NCBI GenBank assembly: GCA_047605325.1
Contig: JASGFX010000002.1
Location: forward strand, 39,642 to 103,641
Reading direction: 5' to 3'
DNA length: 64,000 nucleotides
Source: Solirubrobacterales bacterium
GTDB taxonomy: Bacteria > Actinomycetota > Thermoleophilia > Solirubrobacterales > JACPNS01
Of the stretch, positions 33,624-43,682 are shown in pieces (position 1 is the first letter of the stretch; the number at the start of each line of letters is the position of its first letter). The translations under genes were made by a program, and so were the position numbers. The notes below the pieces were generated by a model, which was given only the letters and a program-made list of their open reading frames with translations, did no database searches and was not told the origin of the DNA.

Positions 33624-34004
33624 TCAGGACCCGCCGGAGCCGCCGAACGCGCCGACCGCAAAAAGCACGATCGCGACGACCACGATCACGGCGACGACAA
33701 GCAACCAGCGGCGCGATTTCGCCGGCGAAGCCTCGCTTGGCGCCACATAGACAAGCGGCTCCTCCTCGATGTGCCCGCCCTGCGAGCGGTACATGTCGAC
33801 CATCGCCCGCGGATCGAGTCCGAGGTAGTCGGCGTAGGTGCGCAGAAAGCTCTTGACGTATGCGCTGCCAGGGAGCAGGTTGTATTCCTCGTTCTCGAGC
33901 GCGCGCAGGTATTTCGCGCGGATCTTCGTCGCCTCTTCGACCTCGTGGACGTCGATCTTCAGCGACATTCGGCGCTCTCTGAGTGTCTCGCCTATCTCAC
34001 CCAT
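33624..34004 (-). CDS. RodZ-like HTH membrane protein (short form)
   Basis: IGETLRERR...ATKIRAKYLRALENE...LPG.AYVKSFLRTYADYLGLD plus one TM helix; lies between ftsK and cinA. Confidence 0.85.
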   Translation of the reverse strand: MGEIGETLRERRMSLKIDVHEVEEATKIRAKYLRALENEEYNLLPGSAYVKSFLRTYADYLGLDPRAMVDMYRSQGGHIEEEPLVYVAPSEASPAKSRRWLLVVAVIVVVAIVLFAVGAFGGSGGS

Positions 34005-34046
34005 GGGGGAAATCTAAGCGGATCGAGAAGCGACTACGCAAATTTG

Positions 34047-36539
34047 TCAGTCAGATTCCAGCGCGGGACCCTCGAGCGTGTGCTCGGCGGTGGACTGCGT
34101 TAGGACCTCCTCGGCCTCAGGCAGCACGGCCTGACCGCTCAGCATCGCCAGCACGCGGGGAAGATCAGCCTCCGTGATCAGCACCTGACGGGCCTTGGAG
34201 CCCTCGTACCCACTGATCACGTTGCGCCGCTCCATCATGTCGATCAGGCGGCCTGCGCGCGTGTAACCGACGCGCAGGCGGCGCTGGAGCATCGACGTCG
34301 ACGCGGTGCCCATCTGCACGACGGTGCTGATCGCTTCACCGAGCAGATCGTCTGTGTCAGGGTCGAGTCCGTCACGGTCCTCGGCCTCTTCCTCTTCGGG
34401 CGCTTCGAGCAACTCTTCGTGGAACTCCGGCTCACCCTGCGCGCGCCAGAAGTCGGTCAGCTTGATGATCTCTTCCTCTGTGACGTACGCACCCTGAATG
34501 CGTTGCAGCTTCGAAGACCCGATCGGGCTGAAAAGCATGTCGCCCATCCCGAGCAGCGATTCGGCGCCGCCCTGGTCGAGGATCACGCGCGAGTCGATCT
34601 GGCTGGAGACCGCGAACGCGATTCGGGACGGCACGTTGGCCTTGATCATGCCCGTGATGATGTCCGCCGACGGGCGTTGCGTCGCGAGCAGCAGATGGAT
34701 GCCGATCGCGCGAGCCTTCTGCGCCAAGCGGATGATCGCGTCTTCGACTTCGCCCGGCGCGACCATCATCAGGTCGGCGAGCTCGTCGATCACGCAGAGG
34801 ATGTAGGGAAGCGTCGCCTCGCCTTCCTTCTTGCGCTTTTCGTTCAGTTCGACGATGTTGCGGCACTTGTAGGCGCTCATCAGCGTGTAGCGCTGCTCCA
34901 TCTCGCGGATCAGGTTGTTCAGAACGTTGGCGGCCATGCGCGGACTCGTGACCACCGGCGTCAGCAGGTGAGGGATCTGCTCGTACAGGTTCAGCTCGAC
35001 CTGCTTGGGGTCGACCAGCACGAGCTTGACCTCGTTCGGAGTCGAGCCGAGCAGGATCGAACAGAGCAACGTGTTGATGCAGCCGGACTTACCGGCACCG
35101 GTGGTTCCGGCGACGAGCATGTGTGGCATCTTCGCGATGTCGGTGCCGATCGCCTTGCCGGCGATGTCCTTGCCGAGCCAGACCGAGACCGGTGACCAAT
35201 CCTTCGGCAGCGGTTGATAGACGTCGCCCAGACGCACCATCGCGCGATTGACGTTCGGAACCTCGACGCCGACAGCCTGCTTGCCGGGGATCGGCGCGAG
35301 GATGCGGATGTCGGTGCTGGCGAGCGCGTACGCGAGGTCGTCCTTGAGGTTCGCGACCTTCGACATCTTCGTGCCCGGCGCGAGGCGCAACTCGAAGCGC
35401 GTGACATGCGGACCAGCGACCGTTCCGACGAGCTGCGACTCGATGCCGAAGTGGGCGAGCGCCTCGATCAACTGAGCGGAAAGCTTGTCCTGCTCGGCCT
35501 TGTTGCTCTTCTGCGGCTTGTTGCTGGAGCGCTCGAGCACCTTGGCGCTCGGCATCTTGTAGACGAACTCTTCCGACTCCGTGACGTTCGCCGCGCGGCC
35601 AACGCGGATCGGGGTCTGTTCCTCGTCGATCTCGGGGACGATGACCGGCTCAGGCTCGACGTCTGGCACGACCAGCTCGACCTCTCCCGCATCAAACTCT
35701 GGCTCGGGCTCGCCGAGGTCCCGTCCGAGCGGCAATTCGTCCTGCACCGGTGCGGCCTCGATGTGCGTGGCCCGCACCACCGGCTCAACTCCGTCCGGCT
35801 CTGGCGGCAGTACAGCTTCCGCCGGCTGTCGCATCTTCCGCGCGGCCGGCGTCTCGGCGCGTGGCGAGGCGACGGGGTTTCGGAACCGGTCGATCGCGTC
35901 CAGCACCCCCCTGCCCATCTCGACCAGCGGAACGCCGGTGAGCTGAAGACCGCCGATCACGATCAGGGCGAGTGAGATCAACACGGCACCGACTCCGCCG
36001 GTCAGCTTCGCGGCCGGCCAATACAGCGCCTCGCCGATCAATCCGCCGTGTCCGCGGTACCAGGCGGGATCGAACGCAACGTGATGCGCCGGCGCTTGGC
36101 CGCCGAGGCCGCCGGCTCCGGTCGCAAGAAGCAGCAGGGCACCGGCCGAGAGCATCGTCACTGCGGGCCAGCGGAAGGAGTTCTCGGGAAGCGCCGAGCG
36201 CAGGATCGCGACAAAACCCGCAGCCGCGAGACCGAGTGGCACCAGATAGGCGCCGCGACCGATCAGGTACTCGAAGCCGGTGGCGATTCCGTCGCCGAGC
36301 TTGCCTCCCTGCCAGCCGAAGTAGAGGACAAATGCGAAGAACACCGCCGCAGCCATCAGCCCCAGGCCGATCGCGTCGAGACGCTGCTGCGGAGTCAACT
36401 CAGACGTGTGGCGTGCCGGCGCCGGTCTCGCCGGAGCCTTTTTGGCCGGAGCCTTGCGCGGAGCGGGTTTGCGCGTCGCAGCCCTCGTCTTGGCCGTGGG
36501 ACGCGCCTTGCCGGTGTTCTTCTTCACTTTTGTCGCCAT
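34047..36539 (-). CDS. ftsK: DNA translocase FtsK/SpoIIIE
   Basis: N-terminal TMs, PHMLVAGTTGAGKS, DPKQVEL, IDELADLMM, ATQRPS and gamma domain LQRRLRVGYTRAGRL. Confidence 0.97.
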   Translation of the reverse strand: MATKVKKNTGKARPTAKTRAATRKPAPRKAPAKKAPARPAPARHTSELTPQQRLDAIGLGLMAAAVFFAFVLYFGWQGGKLGDGIATGFEYLIGRGAYLVPLGLAAAGFVAILRSALPENSFRWPAVTMLSAGALLLLATGAGGLGGQAPAHHVAFDPAWYRGHGGLIGEALYWPAAKLTGGVGAVLISLALIVIGGLQLTGVPLVEMGRGVLDAIDRFRNPVASPRAETPAARKMRQPAEAVLPPEPDGVEPVVRATHIEAAPVQDELPLGRDLGEPEPEFDAGEVELVVPDVEPEPVIVPEIDEEQTPIRVGRAANVTESEEFVYKMPSAKVLERSSNKPQKSNKAEQDKLSAQLIEALAHFGIESQLVGTVAGPHVTRFELRLAPGTKMSKVANLKDDLAYALASTDIRILAPIPGKQAVGVEVPNVNRAMVRLGDVYQPLPKDWSPVSVWLGKDIAGKAIGTDIAKMPHMLVAGTTGAGKSGCINTLLCSILLGSTPNEVKLVLVDPKQVELNLYEQIPHLLTPVVTSPRMAANVLNNLIREMEQRYTLMSAYKCRNIVELNEKRKKEGEATLPYILCVIDELADLMMVAPGEVEDAIIRLAQKARAIGIHLLLATQRPSADIITGMIKANVPSRIAFAVSSQIDSRVILDQGGAESLLGMGDMLFSPIGSSKLQRIQGAYVTEEEIIKLTDFWRAQGEPEFHEELLEAPEEEEAEDRDGLDPDTDDLLGEAISTVVQMGTASTSMLQRRLRVGYTRAGRLIDMMERRNVISGYEGSKARQVLITEADLPRVLAMLSGQAVLPEAEEVLTQSTAEHTLEGPALESD

Positions 36540-36573
36540 AGGTACCTGGCGACTTGCTTCGACGGACCGGTCG

Positions 36574-38256
36574 CTAAACCTCCACGACGACCGGCAGCAC
36601 CATCGGGCGACGCTTGGTGCGCTCGTAGACAAGGCGGGCGACGTTGTTGTGCAGCTTCTCGCGCAGCTCCGACTCGGCGACCCCTTCGCTGCCCTGGACC
36701 TTCTTGGCGAGGTCCGAAATCGAACTCTCAACAGTGAGCCGCAGATCGTCGATCATGTCGTCGGCGTCGTCCATGAACGGGACGCCGCGGAAGATCACTT
36801 CGGGATCGCCGACCGACTGACCGGACGTCTCGGAAACGGTTGCCACCACGATGAACACGCCGTCGTTGCTCAGCGTGCGGCGGTCGCGCAGCGCGACGTC
36901 CTCAACGTCTCCAACCTCGAGTCCGTCCACGAAGATCATGCCGCTCTTGACGCGCTCGCCGATGCGGGCGCCGTTCTCGTCGATTTCCAGCGGCAGGCCG
37001 TTCTCGAGCCTGAAAATGTCGTCAGGATCGACCCCGACCTCTTCTGCGAGGCGCGAATGCAGCACCAGCCGCTGAAAATCTCCGTGGATCGGCATCACAT
37101 AGCGTGGCTTGGTGAGATTGATCATCATCTTCAGCTCTTCGCGGTAACCGTGACCTGAAGCATGGATCGGGGCGTCCTTGGCGGTGACGACCGTGGCGCC
37201 GATGTGGAAGAGGCGGTCGATCGTCTCGTTCACAGCGCGCTCGTTGCCGGGGACCGGCGACGCCGAGAACATCACGGTGTCGCCCGAGTGCAGGGTGATC
37301 TGCGGGTGGTCGTTGTTTGCCATCCGGCGCAGAGCCGAGAGCGGCTCGCCCTGACTTCCGGTGCAGATGATCGTGACTTCGTCGTCGGGGAAGTCGTCGA
37401 CCTCCTTGATCTTGATGATCTGGCCCTCCGCGGCGTAGATGTGACCGAGCTTGCGGCCGATCGCAAAGTTGCGACGCATCGAGCGGCCGACCAGAGCGAC
37501 CTTGCGGCCGTGGACGGCGGCGGCGTCGATCACCTGCTGGACGCGGTGGATGTTCGATGCAAAGCTGGTGACGAGGATGCGGCCTTCACAGTGGGCGAAG
37601 GCCTCTTCGAGGTGCGGGCCGATCGAGGACTCGCTCGGGGCGATGCCCGGACGATCAGCGTTGGTCGAGTCGCCGCAGAGCAGCAGCAGGCCCTCGGAGC
37701 CCAGCTCGGCAAGGCGGGACATATCGGTTGGTTGGCCGTCGACCGGAGTCTGATCGAATTTGTAGTCGCCGGTCAGAAAGACGTTTCCGTGCTCGGTGCC
37801 GACGATGACGCCGCAGGCGTCGGGGATCGAGTGCGACACGTGCACGAGTTCGAGCGTGAACGGACCCGCATCCCAGGGCTCGAGCGTTTCGCGCTCGATC
37901 ACTTCGACGGCGTCGAGCAGCTTGTGCTCTTCGAGCTTCGAGCGGGCCATCTCCGCCGTCAGGGGCGCCGCGTAGACCGGAGGCGTTTCTTCGGGGAAGA
38001 GCTCGCGGATCACGTACGGCAGCGCGCCGATGTGGTCCTCGTGACCGTGGGTGATCACGACCGCTTCGATGTCGTCTGCGCGGCCGCGCAGATAGTCGAA
38101 GTCGGGCAGCACGAGATCGATGCCGAGCATTTCGGCGGTCGGAAACATCAGCCCCGTGTCGATGATCACGATGCGGCCGTCCTGCTCGACGACCGTCATG
38201 TTCTTTCCGATCTCGCCCAGTCCGCCGAGCGGAAGGACCTTCAGCTTCGAACTCAC
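36574..38256 (-). CDS. rnj: Ribonuclease J
   Basis: PLGGLGEIGKNM, THGHEDHIG, HSIPD, TGSQGEP and HASGH. Confidence 0.97.
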   Translation of the reverse strand: MSSKLKVLPLGGLGEIGKNMTVVEQDGRIVIIDTGLMFPTAEMLGIDLVLPDFDYLRGRADDIEAVVITHGHEDHIGALPYVIRELFPEETPPVYAAPLTAEMARSKLEEHKLLDAVEVIERETLEPWDAGPFTLELVHVSHSIPDACGVIVGTEHGNVFLTGDYKFDQTPVDGQPTDMSRLAELGSEGLLLLCGDSTNADRPGIAPSESSIGPHLEEAFAHCEGRILVTSFASNIHRVQQVIDAAAVHGRKVALVGRSMRRNFAIGRKLGHIYAAEGQIIKIKEVDDFPDDEVTIICTGSQGEPLSALRRMANNDHPQITLHSGDTVMFSASPVPGNERAVNETIDRLFHIGATVVTAKDAPIHASGHGYREELKMMINLTKPRYVMPIHGDFQRLVLHSRLAEEVGVDPDDIFRLENGLPLEIDENGARIGERVKSGMIFVDGLEVGDVEDVALRDRRTLSNDGVFIVVATVSETSGQSVGDPEVIFRGVPFMDDADDMIDDLRLTVESSISDLAKKVQGSEGVAESELREKLHNNVARLVYERTKRRPMVLPVVVEV

Positions 38257-39116
38257 GAAGCGACCGCCCCGAGCAGGCCGCGCGCCTCGAGTGCTGCGCG
38301 GATCTTGGAGACTTCTTCGTCGGTGGCATCGACGTACGGGAGGCGAACGTGTCCACCTGGCAGCCCCTGGAGCGTGAGCGCGGCTTTGCTCGAGGTCGCG
38401 GCTGGCGCGATCGCGAGTGCGTCGAACAGCGGCAGCAACGACTCGTGGATCTCCTGGCGATTGTCCGGCTCATCGACCATGCGGCGGAATTCAGTGCCGG
38501 CGACATGACTGGCCGTGAGGATGCCTCCCGATCCTCCGAGGTCGAGAACCTTGGCGAAGACGTCGTCATTGCCCGCGTAGAGCTGGAGGCCGTCGATCAT
38601 CTCGAGATTGTCGTTGTTGGCCTGCTTGACACCAACGACGTTGCCCAGCTTCTGGGCCAGCTCCGCGAGCAGATCGTTGGGCATGTCACTGCCGGTGCGC
38701 TGCGGGATGTTGTACAGCAGGATCGGCAGCTCGGTCGAGGTGGCGATCTCTTCGTAGTGGCGAACGATGCCGGCGCGCGGCGGGCGGTTGTAGTAAGGGT
38801 TGACTGAGAGGATCCCGTCGACGCCGAGCTCGCTCGCGCGGGCGGTCAGGGTGCACGCGTGGTGCGTGTCGTTCGAGCCAGTCCCGGCGATGACCTTGAG
38901 CCCCTCCGGGCGCTCCTTGACCGCGAGATCGATCACACCAAGATGCTCAGCGTCGGTCATTGTCGAAGCCTCACCAGTGGTCCCAGCGACGACCACACCA
39001 TCGCTGCCGTTTGCCGCAAGGTGCTCGAGAATCTCTACGAACGCGGCCTCATCAACCGCGCCTTCGGCGTCGAACGGAGTGACGATCGCCGTGATGACTG
39101 TTCCAAGTTCGGGCAT
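38253..39116 (-). CDS. dapA: 4-hydroxy-tetrahydrodipicolinate synthase
   Basis: TAIVTPF, GTTGE, PYYNRP, LYNIPQRTG and GVKQA. Confidence 0.95.
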   Translation of the reverse strand: MPELGTVITAIVTPFDAEGAVDEAAFVEILEHLAANGSDGVVVAGTTGEASTMTDAEHLGVIDLAVKERPEGLKVIAGTGSNDTHHACTLTARASELGVDGILSVNPYYNRPPRAGIVRHYEEIATSTELPILLYNIPQRTGSDMPNDLLAELAQKLGNVVGVKQANNDNLEMIDGLQLYAGNDDVFAKVLDLGGSGGILTASHVAGTEFRRMVDEPDNRQEIHESLLPLFDALAIAPAATSSKAALTLQGLPGGHVRLPYVDATDEEVSKIRAALEARGLLGAVAS

Positions 39117-39158
39117 TCCACAAGCATACGCGCCGCGCGTTCGTGCAGAATCTTCGTC

Positions 39159-39563
39159 GTGACAGAGCGCGACTACTCACATCGCACCCTCGCCGACAAA
39201 CTCGGTCTCAAGCCGGGGATGCGCGTCCGCGTCAGCGGCGATGTCGGCGAGCAGCTCCCGCTCGACGCCGCCGAACGCGTCGGCGGAAGCATCCGGCGCC
39301 GCAGCGAACTCGACGTCGCGATCATCGGCGTGGACAGCGAACAAACGGCCGAGCGGGCATTTGAATCCCTGCGCCCGACCCTGCCCGGTCACGGCGCGAT
39401 CTGGATCGTCACGCGGAAGAAAGGCCACCCCGACTACGTCAAGCAGGAAGACCTGATGCCGCTCGCGAAGTCATTCGACCTCGTCGACAACAAGATCTGC
39501 TCGGTCGACGAGGAACACTCCGCAATCCGTTTCGTCGTCCCACGAAAACTACGCGTGGACTGA
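39159..39563 (+). CDS. DUF3052-like protein
   Basis: RDYSHRTLADKLGLKPG...GAIWIVTRKK...LVDNKICSVDE; GTG start 7 nt after CAGAAT. Confidence 0.75.
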   Translation: MTERDYSHRTLADKLGLKPGMRVRVSGDVGEQLPLDAAERVGGSIRRRSELDVAIIGVDSEQTAERAFESLRPTLPGHGAIWIVTRKKGHPDYVKQEDLMPLAKSFDLVDNKICSVDEEHSAIRFVVPRKLRVD

Positions 39564-39659
39564 TGTCCGATGCGCATCACGCGCGATCCGGCCGGGTTGG
39601 TTCAATGAGTCGCAGAGCAGATCGCTCAATGTCTCCCAAACGCGACGGAGCCCCGCACG

Positions 39660-41048
39660 TTGTCGCGAACAACCACCAGCAAAAGCAGCTCGATCGTCAA
39701 GACGCCTGTCTACAAAGGCAGGTTCGGCCAGGCCCAGGCCGAGCGACTGCTGTGGCGCGCCGGCTTCGGGCCGCGTCCGGGTGACGTCAGACGCCTGAAG
39801 AAGCTTGGAATGAAGCGCGCGGTCGACAGTCTTGTCAGCCACCGCGGCGCAACAAAACTCGTCGGGCCCGCGCCGAAGCTTGACGATCCCTTGAGCCCGA
39901 AGGACATCTGGGGCCACGACCACATCTGGTGGCTCGACCGCATGGTGCGCAGCAACAACCCGCTCCAGGAGCGGATGACGTTGATCTGGCACGACTGGTT
40001 CGCGACCTCCGACGACGGCGTCGGCAGCCAGAAACTGATGCTCCGGCAGAACCAGACCCTGCGGAAGAACTCGCTCGGGTCTTTCCGCACGATGCTGCTC
40101 GGCGTGACCAAGGATCCGGCGATGCTGATCTGGCTCTCAGGCAACCAGAGCACGAAGTGGTCGCCCAACGAAAACTACGGCCGCGAACTGATGGAGCTCT
40201 TCACGCTGGGCGCCGGCGCGAAATACACCGAACAGGACGTGCGCGAGCAAGCGCGCGCCCTGACCGGTTGGACCAACGATTGGCTCGACGGCCCCGGCTA
40301 CGTCAATTTCCGTTTCAAGAAGCAGTTCCACGACACCGGCACGAAGAAAATCTTCGGCAAGCGCGGAAATTTCGATTGGGAGGACTCCTGCAACCTCTGC
40401 CTGAGGCACTCCGACCACGCGACGTTCTTCGTGAAGAAGCTCTGGAGCTATTTCATTCCCGTCGAACTCAAGGGCAAGGATCTGCGCGCGTTCAAACGCC
40501 TCTACGTCAAGAGCGGCTACCGGATCAAGCCGGTTGTGCGCGCGATCCTTATGCACCCAGCGCTCTACAAAGGTCCGGCGATGGTCAAACCGCCGATCGT
40601 CTTCACGGCGGGCCTGATGCGCGCGCAGGGCGTCGGGATCACCTCCGACGCATGGGCGTGGATGTCGGAGGCGACCGGTCAACGCCTCTTCCACCCGCCG
40701 AACGTGGCGGGCTGGAATGACAATGCCTGGCTCGACACGGGCACGTTCCGCGGGCGCTGGGACGTCACGCGGCAGGCCTGCGATGACGCGATCATCGACC
40801 CCGGCAAAGACGAACTGGTCGACGCGTATCCGGCCGACGAAACCCCCGAACAGGCGCTTGAAAAAGTGATCGCCTTCTGGGGCAGCCCGAGCGTCAGCGG
40901 CGCCACGCGCGCCCAACTGCTCGACTTCGCGACCAAGACCGGTCGGCAGGCCGACAGCGCCAACTGGAAGAAGCAGTCCTACCGGGTGATGCGCCAGAAC
41001 GCGATGCGGACGCTTTTCGCAATGAGCCCCGACCACCAGACTTCATGA
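39660..41048 (+). CDS. DUF1800 family protein
   Basis: LL.RAGFG, LQERMTLIWHDWFAT, DPAML.WL, PNENYGRELMELFTLG and PPNVAGW. Confidence 0.92.
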   Translation: MSRTTTSKSSSIVKTPVYKGRFGQAQAERLLWRAGFGPRPGDVRRLKKLGMKRAVDSLVSHRGATKLVGPAPKLDDPLSPKDIWGHDHIWWLDRMVRSNNPLQERMTLIWHDWFATSDDGVGSQKLMLRQNQTLRKNSLGSFRTMLLGVTKDPAMLIWLSGNQSTKWSPNENYGRELMELFTLGAGAKYTEQDVREQARALTGWTNDWLDGPGYVNFRFKKQFHDTGTKKIFGKRGNFDWEDSCNLCLRHSDHATFFVKKLWSYFIPVELKGKDLRAFKRLYVKSGYRIKPVVRAILMHPALYKGPAMVKPPIVFTAGLMRAQGVGITSDAWAWMSEATGQRLFHPPNVAGWNDNAWLDTGTFRGRWDVTRQACDDAIIDPGKDELVDAYPADETPEQALEKVIAFWGSPSVSGATRAQLLDFATKTGRQADSANWKKQSYRVMRQNAMRTLFAMSPDHQTS

Positions 41049-42454
41049 ACGAACGCACCGCCAAGCAAGCCTGCGACGAGTTCAACCGCGCTCGCCTGCT
41101 GCGGAACGCCGCGGCCACAGCCGGGAGCGGCCTGCCTGCGATCGAAGCCGGCATGCCCGCGCCTGCTGGTACTGGGCTCTCGCGCCGCAGTTTCCTGTTG
41201 CGAAGCGGCGCGTTCATGCTGACGGTCTACGGAGCGATGCACCTCGATCCACTGCGCCTCGGCGAGGCGATCGCCGAAGCCGCTGCCGGACCACCCGATC
41301 CGGTGCTCGTCTCGGTTTATCTCGAGGGCGGGGCCGACGCGCTCTCGCTGCTGGCACCGGTCGAGGATTCCACGTACCGCAAGCTCCGCCCGACGCTTGC
41401 ACTCTCGCCCGACGCCGGCACGGTGTTCGCCGACGACAACCGCCTGCGCTGGAATCCCTCTGCCGACTCGCTTCGAGTGCTGCACGAGGAGAACAAGCTC
41501 TCGGTCGCCCCGTCGATCGGCTACGACCACCCCGACCAGTCGCACTTCACATCGCGACACTACTGGGAGGTCGGAGACCTCGACCCGCGCGCCACCACCG
41601 GGTGGCTCGGGCGTTATCTCGATGTCGTGGGCGACCTGAACAATCCGCTGCAGGGCCTCTCACTGGACTGGAGCCTCAGTCCGTCACTCGCACCGGCGAG
41701 CGCTCCCGTCGCGGCGATTTCCGCCCCCGACTCGTACCGTTTCTGGCACCAGGGCGTCTGGGGCGACGACATCAATCAGTCGATGATCGATGCGCTCGGC
41801 GGTATGGGCCAGGCAAGCATCAACTCCAAGGACAAGGCCCTGCGCAGCGCCGCATTCGCCTCGGCCCAGTCGATGCGCCTGCGCGAGCAACTCCTCCCCT
41901 TCGCGGTCGACGACGACGAAAAGCCCGACATCCTCAAACCCAAGGCGACCTACCCGACCGGCGACTCCGATTTCCCCGCTCGCATGCAGGCACTCGCGGC
42001 GATGCTCGCCGTGGGCCTGCCGCTGCGCTGCGTCGCGGTGCCGGCCAGTGGCGGATACGACACGCACGACGATCAGGTCAAGAGCTTCAACGAGGACATC
42101 AAGATGACCGCCGACACGCTGCTGGCGTTCCAGCGCGACCTCGAGGCGCGAGGGCTGCAGGACCGCGTGCTGATCGAGGTCTGGTCAGAGTTCGGCCGCC
42201 GCCCCGAGCAGAACGGATCAGGCGGCACCGACCACGGCGCCGCCGGCGCCGCGATGCTGATCGGCTCGCGCGTGAAGCGTCAGCTGCTCGGCGAGTGGAC
42301 CGGTCTCACTCAGCTCGACGCCGACGACAACATGCGTGCCAGCCTCGACTACCGAGCCCTGCACGGCGCAATCCTCGATCAATGGTTCGGGTTCGACGCT
42401 GCGCGCGTGATGCCGAACATCCGCAAGTTCAGCCTGCCGAGCATCCTGACATGA
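41045..42454 (+). CDS. DUF1501 family protein with Tat motif
   Basis: SRRSFL twin-arginine motif, LEGGADAL, SHF, GGYDTH, SEFGRR and GTDHG. Confidence 0.92.
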   Translation: MNERTAKQACDEFNRARLLRNAAATAGSGLPAIEAGMPAPAGTGLSRRSFLLRSGAFMLTVYGAMHLDPLRLGEAIAEAAAGPPDPVLVSVYLEGGADALSLLAPVEDSTYRKLRPTLALSPDAGTVFADDNRLRWNPSADSLRVLHEENKLSVAPSIGYDHPDQSHFTSRHYWEVGDLDPRATTGWLGRYLDVVGDLNNPLQGLSLDWSLSPSLAPASAPVAAISAPDSYRFWHQGVWGDDINQSMIDALGGMGQASINSKDKALRSAAFASAQSMRLREQLLPFAVDDDEKPDILKPKATYPTGDSDFPARMQALAAMLAVGLPLRCVAVPASGGYDTHDDQVKSFNEDIKMTADTLLAFQRDLEARGLQDRVLIEVWSEFGRRPEQNGSGGTDHGAAGAAMLIGSRVKRQLLGEWTGLTQLDADDNMRASLDYRALHGAILDQWFGFDAARVMPNIRKFSLPSILT

Positions 42455-42816
42455 TCAGGCACGCTCTGTGGATCCTCGCCGCGATGGCGGCGCTGGCGAT
42501 CGGCGCCGGCGCCTCTGCTGCAACCACCAATCAGACCGCGGTACAGGCGCAGGGCACCGAATTCCGCATCAGCCTCTCGCGAACGAAGATCAAGCCGGGC
42601 AGGTTACGGCTCGAGTTCGTCAACTATGGAGAAGACACACACGACCTCGCGATCCGCCGGGTCGGCACCAGCACGGTCCGCAACGTCGGAACCACTTTGC
42701 CGGGCAAGCGTTCGGTCGGTCGTTACACCGTCAAGGCCGGCACCTACATGCTCTGGTGCACGATCGCCGACCATCGCTCGCGCGGCATGAGAGCGACGCT
42801 CAAAGTGCGCAGATAG
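42451..42816 (+). CDS. Secreted cupredoxin-domain (blue copper) protein
   Basis: Signal peptide; N.G...HDL and GTY.LWCTIADH...GM, giving H, C, H, M type-1 Cu ligands; ATGA overlap with DUF1501. Confidence 0.82.
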   Translation: MIRHALWILAAMAALAIGAGASAATTNQTAVQAQGTEFRISLSRTKIKPGRLRLEFVNYGEDTHDLAIRRVGTSTVRNVGTTLPGKRSVGRYTVKAGTYMLWCTIADHRSRGMRATLKVRR

Positions 42817-42824
42817 AGCATCGG

Positions 42825-43646
42825 TCAGGAGATCAGCGGCCGCGACTCTTCGCGGAAACGGGCGACCCAGTCCTTGGAGAGATCGTCCGACTGGCGCTTC
42901 ATCGGTCCATGCTCGTGTTCGGGCTCGGGCGGGTCGACACCCAGCTCATCGAGCACGCGTCCGACCGTCGCCGCGCGCGACTGCGCGAAGTCCTCGTAGA
43001 TCACACGGATCGGCTCGCGGCCCGTTCCGTGGAACCAGTCCTCCCACCGCGCATCCCAGCGGTGGAGTTCGTCGACGAGATACCTGAGTGCGCGGTAGTC
43101 GTATTCGACCTGCGGCTCATCGCCGGTGTTCTCGGTCGCGCCGCGCCACTGCTGCGTCTGTATCGCCTTCCACAGTGAGACAGCCTGAGCCACCTTGTCG
43201 CGACGGCGGACGAAGATGATGCGCAGATCCGGAAATACCTCGTCGAGAGCGGCATCAAGTGTGAGGTCGCCCAATCCTGGAAGCGACAGCAACCGCTCAC
43301 GGAAGTCACCGAAGTAGTTCCACATCATCTTCGAGCCGAAGACGCCGTTTCGGGATGTCCCCCGCTGCAGCACATATGGGAACCATCCCGCAAAATCGGC
43401 CGGTGTCTCGCTGTGGCCGGGGTCCGTCGGAGCGAGACGCTCGGCGATGTCAGCGACCTCCGGAGCCTCGAAGTACTCGCGTGGCTGGCGCGGAAGACTG
43501 GTCTCGCGCAGGCTCTCGAAGAACTCGTCGGGCACGCCCGCGACTTCGGTTCCTTTGAGCAACTCGCAAAGTAGAGTGCTGCCACTGCGCTGAGTGGCGC
43601 AGACCAGGTACGAAATGCCTTCTGCACGCGGAAACGTTTCGCTCAT
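42825..43646 (-). CDS. Stf0-family sulfotransferase (trehalose 2-sulfotransferase-like)
   Basis: YLVCATQRSGSTLL (PAPS loop), P.EFF, QPREYF, NGVFGSKMMWN and R.D.VAQAVSLWKAIQTQQWR. Confidence 0.88.
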   Translation of the reverse strand: MSETFPRAEGISYLVCATQRSGSTLLCELLKGTEVAGVPDEFFESLRETSLPRQPREYFEAPEVADIAERLAPTDPGHSETPADFAGWFPYVLQRGTSRNGVFGSKMMWNYFGDFRERLLSLPGLGDLTLDAALDEVFPDLRIIFVRRRDKVAQAVSLWKAIQTQQWRGATENTGDEPQVEYDYRALRYLVDELHRWDARWEDWFHGTGREPIRVIYEDFAQSRAATVGRVLDELGVDPPEPEHEHGPMKRQSDDLSKDWVARFREESRPLIS

Positions 43647-43682
43647 GGATTCAGCACCATATCAGTCCGGTTTTTCGCGACG

